This document shows, one piece after another, positions 59,251 through 64,000 of a DNA stretch of 64,000 nucleotides. The first letter of the stretch is position 1; each line of letters begins with the position of its first letter. Under the pieces are notes generated by a model. That model saw only the letters and a list, made by a program, of their open reading frames with translations. It was not told where the DNA came from and did not search any database. A program made the position numbers and the translations under genes. Origin of the DNA: Amphiscolops sp. MND2022 (taxonomy: Eukaryota); contig OZ076409.1 of the NCBI GenBank assembly GCA_964187785.1, positions 36,582,001 to 36,646,000 of the forward strand. Reading direction: 5' to 3'.

Positions 59251-59746
59251 GTAAATGACTAAATTGCATCACTATCATTCAAACGTTCCAATTTTTCCCT
59301 CCTATTTTCATGTTAGTTTTTTTTGTTGTAAACTTTATAAACAAATAAGAAACTACTATTAGTTGTGGAAACTCTTTTTCCTCTCTAGGTAAAATTTTTA
59401 AATGCTGACTTTTACCAAGATATATGCAAATTAGTCAAGGGTACTAAAGCAATTATTATTGCATTCGTGAGCCATCGTCCATTTTTTGGGCATTTTTTGT
59501 TCGTCGGTACGTTAACACCAGCGCTCTTCAGTAAAAAAATATAGACAATACTCTGATCTCACAATAGAAAATCCATACTTTCAAGAATTTTCTCAATAAC
59601 TGGAAATATATATTATAACTGGAAATATAACTGAAAATGTTATTTTTGGAGAAATTCTAATGAGATAATTTGCTCACTACGATAAGGTTTCAAAAAGGAT
59701 TCTCTCTCGTCTCAATAAGATTCAAGTTTTTGGATACAAAGTAAGA

Positions 59747-59801
59747 GAATAATAATAATGATAAAAATAAAAATAATAATAATAATAAAAATAATAATAA
59801 T
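59747..59801. repeat. (AAT)n microsatellite
   Basis: Visible. Confidence 0.85.
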
Positions 59802-60754
59802 TCAATTTATCAGAGGGCATAAATTACAGCCATTATATTATATTAAACAGCGAATTTACAATGCAGCCCCTAAAAAGGACCCCTAAAAGCACTTGGCTTT
59901 TCAAGAGGGATCCTTATTATTGGAACAAAAATAATCGCTTTTTTGTGTGGTAGAGATTTCACATGTAGTACTCAACTTTTATTAAGTTGTAATCAGATTG
60001 ATCAGTTCTTTCTAGCCGAAAATATCAATTTTTGAATGTTCACGAACGGTTCTATAAACTACCGGTTTTGTTTACAAAACCTCGACCTCAAACCACTTTA
60101 GAGGGAGAAAATACAAAACAAGTTTTCTGCTAATACAAAGGCTATGCACATACAGTATGTATTGCTTAATTCTGTGATAGAAATTCGCTGACACATGAGA
60201 CGTGTCTGAAGTTCATTGGCATTGAGGGCAAATTGATGATGCCACTGCTGCTCTAAAAACATAAAAACAGAACTGCATTTTATTGAAATCTGCAAAACTT
60301 TGTGGCTCTTTTGCCGCCAAATTTAAACAGCATTTTAGAGGCAACTTGATAAATTGCTTGGCAACCTAGAAAACTTGAAAAATGTTCAAGCAGTTTAACG
60401 AGGGCAATTTGTTTGTCTTAAGCGTCATATTCTTGAATTTTTCATATTTGTTTCTGGAATTTATAAGTTCTGGCGAAGGAATTGAATTTCTTTGCATGAA
60501 CATTCAACAGGTGACAGCTGTCCAAAAATTAACAGAAACTGAGTTCACCATTGGTCTTTCACGGTATACGTTTTTGACTGTTAGTTAGAGCTTCATGAAG
60601 TGAAACGTGACTATACTATTGACTCTTTTTTTTCTCAGTCCAGAGGATTTGACCAGAATAGTTCTACAAAGTTCTACAATTTTTTGTGGTGTGATATTGG
60701 ACCATTTGGCTCAAGGAACTGGAATTGTTCCTTTTTTCAGCCTAAGATACAATA

Positions 60755-61173
60755 CCGGGCTAGACTAAAGGGTCCCCTTTTTCAGTTTTTTTTCGGCCTT
60801 GTGAGACTTTGTTTCGAAGAATGTTTTTCTCCAAAAGGTCCCTTTTTAATTTGTTGATGTTTTGCGACCGAATGGATGTTGGAAAATCCCTAACAGTCCC
60901 TCATTTTTGTAGTTTTTCGGCAATGAGAGACTTTTTTTCGAAAAATTGTAAATGGCTTCTAAGGGTGCCCTTCTTTTTTTTTTCATATTTTGCAACAGAA
61001 TGGATGTTGAAAAAAACGAAAGCGTCCAACTTTTTAGCGAGCCTTTTTAGCAGGCTACCTTTTTAGCGCGCCATTTCGATCCAACTTTTGGGTTTTTCAG
61101 GTACTGTAAAAGATAATACTTGACATTTTGAAGTCCTTTTGCTATTTTTGAGCCTTTTATATGGCGCCGACTT
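60755..61173 (+). mobile_element. Helentron/DINE-1-like family 1 partial copy; inverted 3'-end fragment at 61507-61554
   Basis: Shared block GGTACTGTA...ATGGCGCCGACTT. Confidence 0.7.
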
Positions 61174-61682
61174 ATACCTTTCTTTGTCTTCCTTGATTTT
61201 GAATTCTTGCTTTGGTGTAGATACTAAATTTTTTAAATGATTATTTTTGAAAATAGACGTAATGAATGTTGAAATTCCATCCTCCAAAAAATGTTTTCGG
61301 AAATTTTCTGCTTGAAAACTTACGCTCTTTCAAAATTTTCTGCCTAAGCTGGAACAATATAGAAACGCTAATCGTTAGTTTCTTCAGTGACAGAAAGCTA
61401 CTGTCTTATTATTTGCCTTACCAACTAATTAACGAACCAACCTATTAGTCCAAGACTCGGATGCTTTCAATTGAACTACCAGGTTCGCAAATCTTTAGCA
61501 ATATTCAACAAGCCGACACAGGCCCAAGTCGGCGCCATATCTAAGGCTCAAAAATATCATATTTTCAAAGGTGATTTTCCAAAGGTCAGTTTTGCTTTAA
61601 TTACACAAGGGACAAACTGTCTTGAATGACTACATTCAAAGTTGAATTTGAGATCCCTTTGAGGAGTTGTTCTATATTTTAG

Positions 61683-63903
61683 ATCCGTCAACCTCCAAAA
61701 TGGTCAAACAACCCACCCGTCTTCAACTTGGCACGCTCCAACACAATAGCAACGCAGGATTCAGATTTGAATGGAAGTACTTACTCAAGTGAGTGTTCAC
61801 TTTCACAGGTCAAAAGTATGAATTTATTACTCGATCTTTCGTTATCTGGAAAAGGTAAAGAGTTTGACACGATTCGAAGATGTCATTTCCAGATGAAATT
61901 GTTATCAGAGAGGTGGATTGAAATTTATTGATTTTTCGCGAATTGGGAAAATTAGGAAACTAAGAATACGGATAATTTTTTTCGTCTCAGACAATTCTCA
62001 TGACGGGGACAAATATGGGCTTGCGTTACGATCATTGAACAAAACCTGTGGCCCCAGAAACTCTGGTAGCCATTTGTTTTCAGTTTTCTTTTAAACAACA
62101 CTTCTAGTATATGGTACTTTTTTCAACATTGAAAAATTAAACGGCGTTGGACGTTTTCTTTTTCGGTGATTTTGACGTGAACACTAAAACTGTTAGTTCA
62201 TACATTTTGTTAAGCAGTCAGAAATTAGGTCACTTTGTTTTTGCAAGATGCCAATGCAACAACCTTTCCGTCGATATCCCGGCCAACCCCCAATGCGAGT
62301 GCCAGCACCAGTCTAGGTACAAACTTCCAGAGTTCTCTGGAACAAGGAAAGAGGGTGAATTTAGCTGCCAGCTGGCCAGTGAAGGAGAAGCCCATCAAAA
62401 TAGCTGAGCTTGAGAAAGAGCTGGCCCACAAGTTGTTGCAAGACATGATCGAAAGCACTGCTGGTGAGTTGTGTTACAATTTCTCTCCACACAAATTTGA
62501 ACTTATGTCTTATTCAAGGAAAAGATTTGAACGAACTTTCGAGAAGGTTGCATCTTTTTTTAAAATAAAGATAAAAAACACAATAAAGAAAATTGTTTGT
62601 CGTAGAAAAAAAAACGAGAATTTCTATCCAGAACTAGGGCTGTGCATCTTCACGCTGAATGCTAGTGCATGGATGTGAGAAACCGACATCAAGGTTTTCA
62701 GACTTGTACACCGACCTCGTAGTAGCTGATTTTACTTTTGGTCAGCGAGGTAGCTTGAACTTTTTACATGCTGCATGGAAAACTGCAGGCTAATTTTTTT
62801 TTTACAAAACATGGCAAAGAAAAACTCACGGAGCATGCATGGAATAAATTTGTAGGATTACAATGCAGCTTCCACTATTCCAATTAAAACTGAAAAGATT
62901 TCAACTTCTTCGCCGTCACAATAACTTTCTTTGCACGCTTAATTTTCCCAAATAAGCAATATGACGATGCTTTGAAACCTATAATGTGGCTGAAGATAAT
63001 CTGCATTGAAATGACGGCAAAATTGAAAAGGTCTCAGCTGCTCTCAAAACTGGAACTGCTTCCTAATGAACTCTGCAAAGCTTTGCGCGTTCGAATTGCT
63101 ACCAACTTTAGGATGCATCTTATAGATAAAATCTTATAGATAATGTTCAAGCAGTTCCAACAAGGTCATAATTTGTTGTAACTGAAAAATCGGTTTATCT
63201 TAAACACGCAGTGAGCAAAGCATCATTTACCAAAGTTCTTGTTATATCAATTTTGTTTGTTGGATACGCAAGAAGAATGAATTGGGTGTGAAGCTGAGTT
63301 TCAGAGCTTGAAAATTTTTCCGTTGGTGAGATTCGTATCCACCACTTGCTCCCTGGCTAAAGAATGTATGTTGTTTCGTAGCAAAAAACCAAAAGATAGC
63401 AAAAAATGACGGCGGACCAGCGTACAAACGAGCGTTAAAAAATAGAACCACGCGTTTAAAAGATGATCAAAAAAGAGCACGCAAAGTAGATGCGCAAAAC
63501 AATTATGTTGAAGAAAACAGGACCTTGAGAAAACTGCAATCTCGGGGAGTTAGAAAAGTAAGCTAATATCTTATCTTAAACAAAATAGAACGCCTGAAAA
63601 CAAGCTAAAGCTTAGCAATTCTTCCTTGAATCGAAACCGCTCTTTTGATGAAGTTTTGAGCGCAAATTTAGCACAGTAGCTAAAGTAAGTTGAGGAATTT
63701 GGACGTAGTAAGCTACGCTCGATGTTGATGTAAGGTCAACATAGCCGTTCGAAAAGAACCAAACACAAGACCCACTAGGTACGTTCCATATCTTGTGAGA
63801 GTTATGGGTTGCCGCTGTGTGTGAACAGTGCTTCCCCAATATTTCCAGTGAATGTTCTGTCTTAGAATTACAGGTGAAAGAGGAGAGTGGAGAAAAAGTC
63901 TAA
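61683..63903 (+). CDS. Tentative spliced host gene of unknown function: 61683-61788, 62248-62463, 63305-63325, 63382-63557, 63874-63903
   Basis: GT-AG introns with compatible phases (1,1,1,0) give a stop-free frame ending VKEESGEKV*. No start codon or domain recognised; one acceptor is a weak AAG. Confidence 0.35.
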
Positions 63904-64000
63904 AGCGAGCAAATCCCTGTCATTGATTTGCTTTTAGAAAGTTCACTATCTGATCATAGATCAGTGAAAATTCTATTTTTTCTTGATTTGTGAGTCCGCG

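Overview
AT-rich, repeat-dense DNA from an animal (intron-containing homeobox gene; species not identifiable from the sequence). Main contents: (1) the 5' end of a BEL/Pao-like LTR retrotransposon whose gag ORF runs uninterrupted off the left edge (1-~2439, minus). (2) A LIM-homeobox gene of the Lhx2/9 (apterous) class with five phase-compatible coding exons (4611-14877, minus, 546 aa predicted). (3) A decayed full-length BEL/Pao element (18813-27561, TSD TTGAA) whose ~1.6-kb LTRs each contain an SGNH/GDSL-esterase coding region. (4) A full-length but decayed Polinton/Maverick (37346-59250) with AGTAGT termini, ~260-bp TIRs and 6-bp TSD GTAAAT. It encodes a protease, minor and major capsid proteins, two packaging-type ATPases, an integrase and pPolB, and carries an internal ~2.9-kb tandem duplication plus nested host transposons. 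(5) Two Helentron/DINE-1-like non-autonomous families, several MITEs, and a tentative orphan gene at the right end. The most unusual signals are the esterase inside the LTRs, a GC-rich GCGAAGCT motif found about 20 times in the AT-rich Polinton (in the TIRs and in-frame inside genes), and a uniform ATAAATG/TAATAAATG gene-start context in that element. All coordinates, counts and family assignments were made by eye, without database searches.
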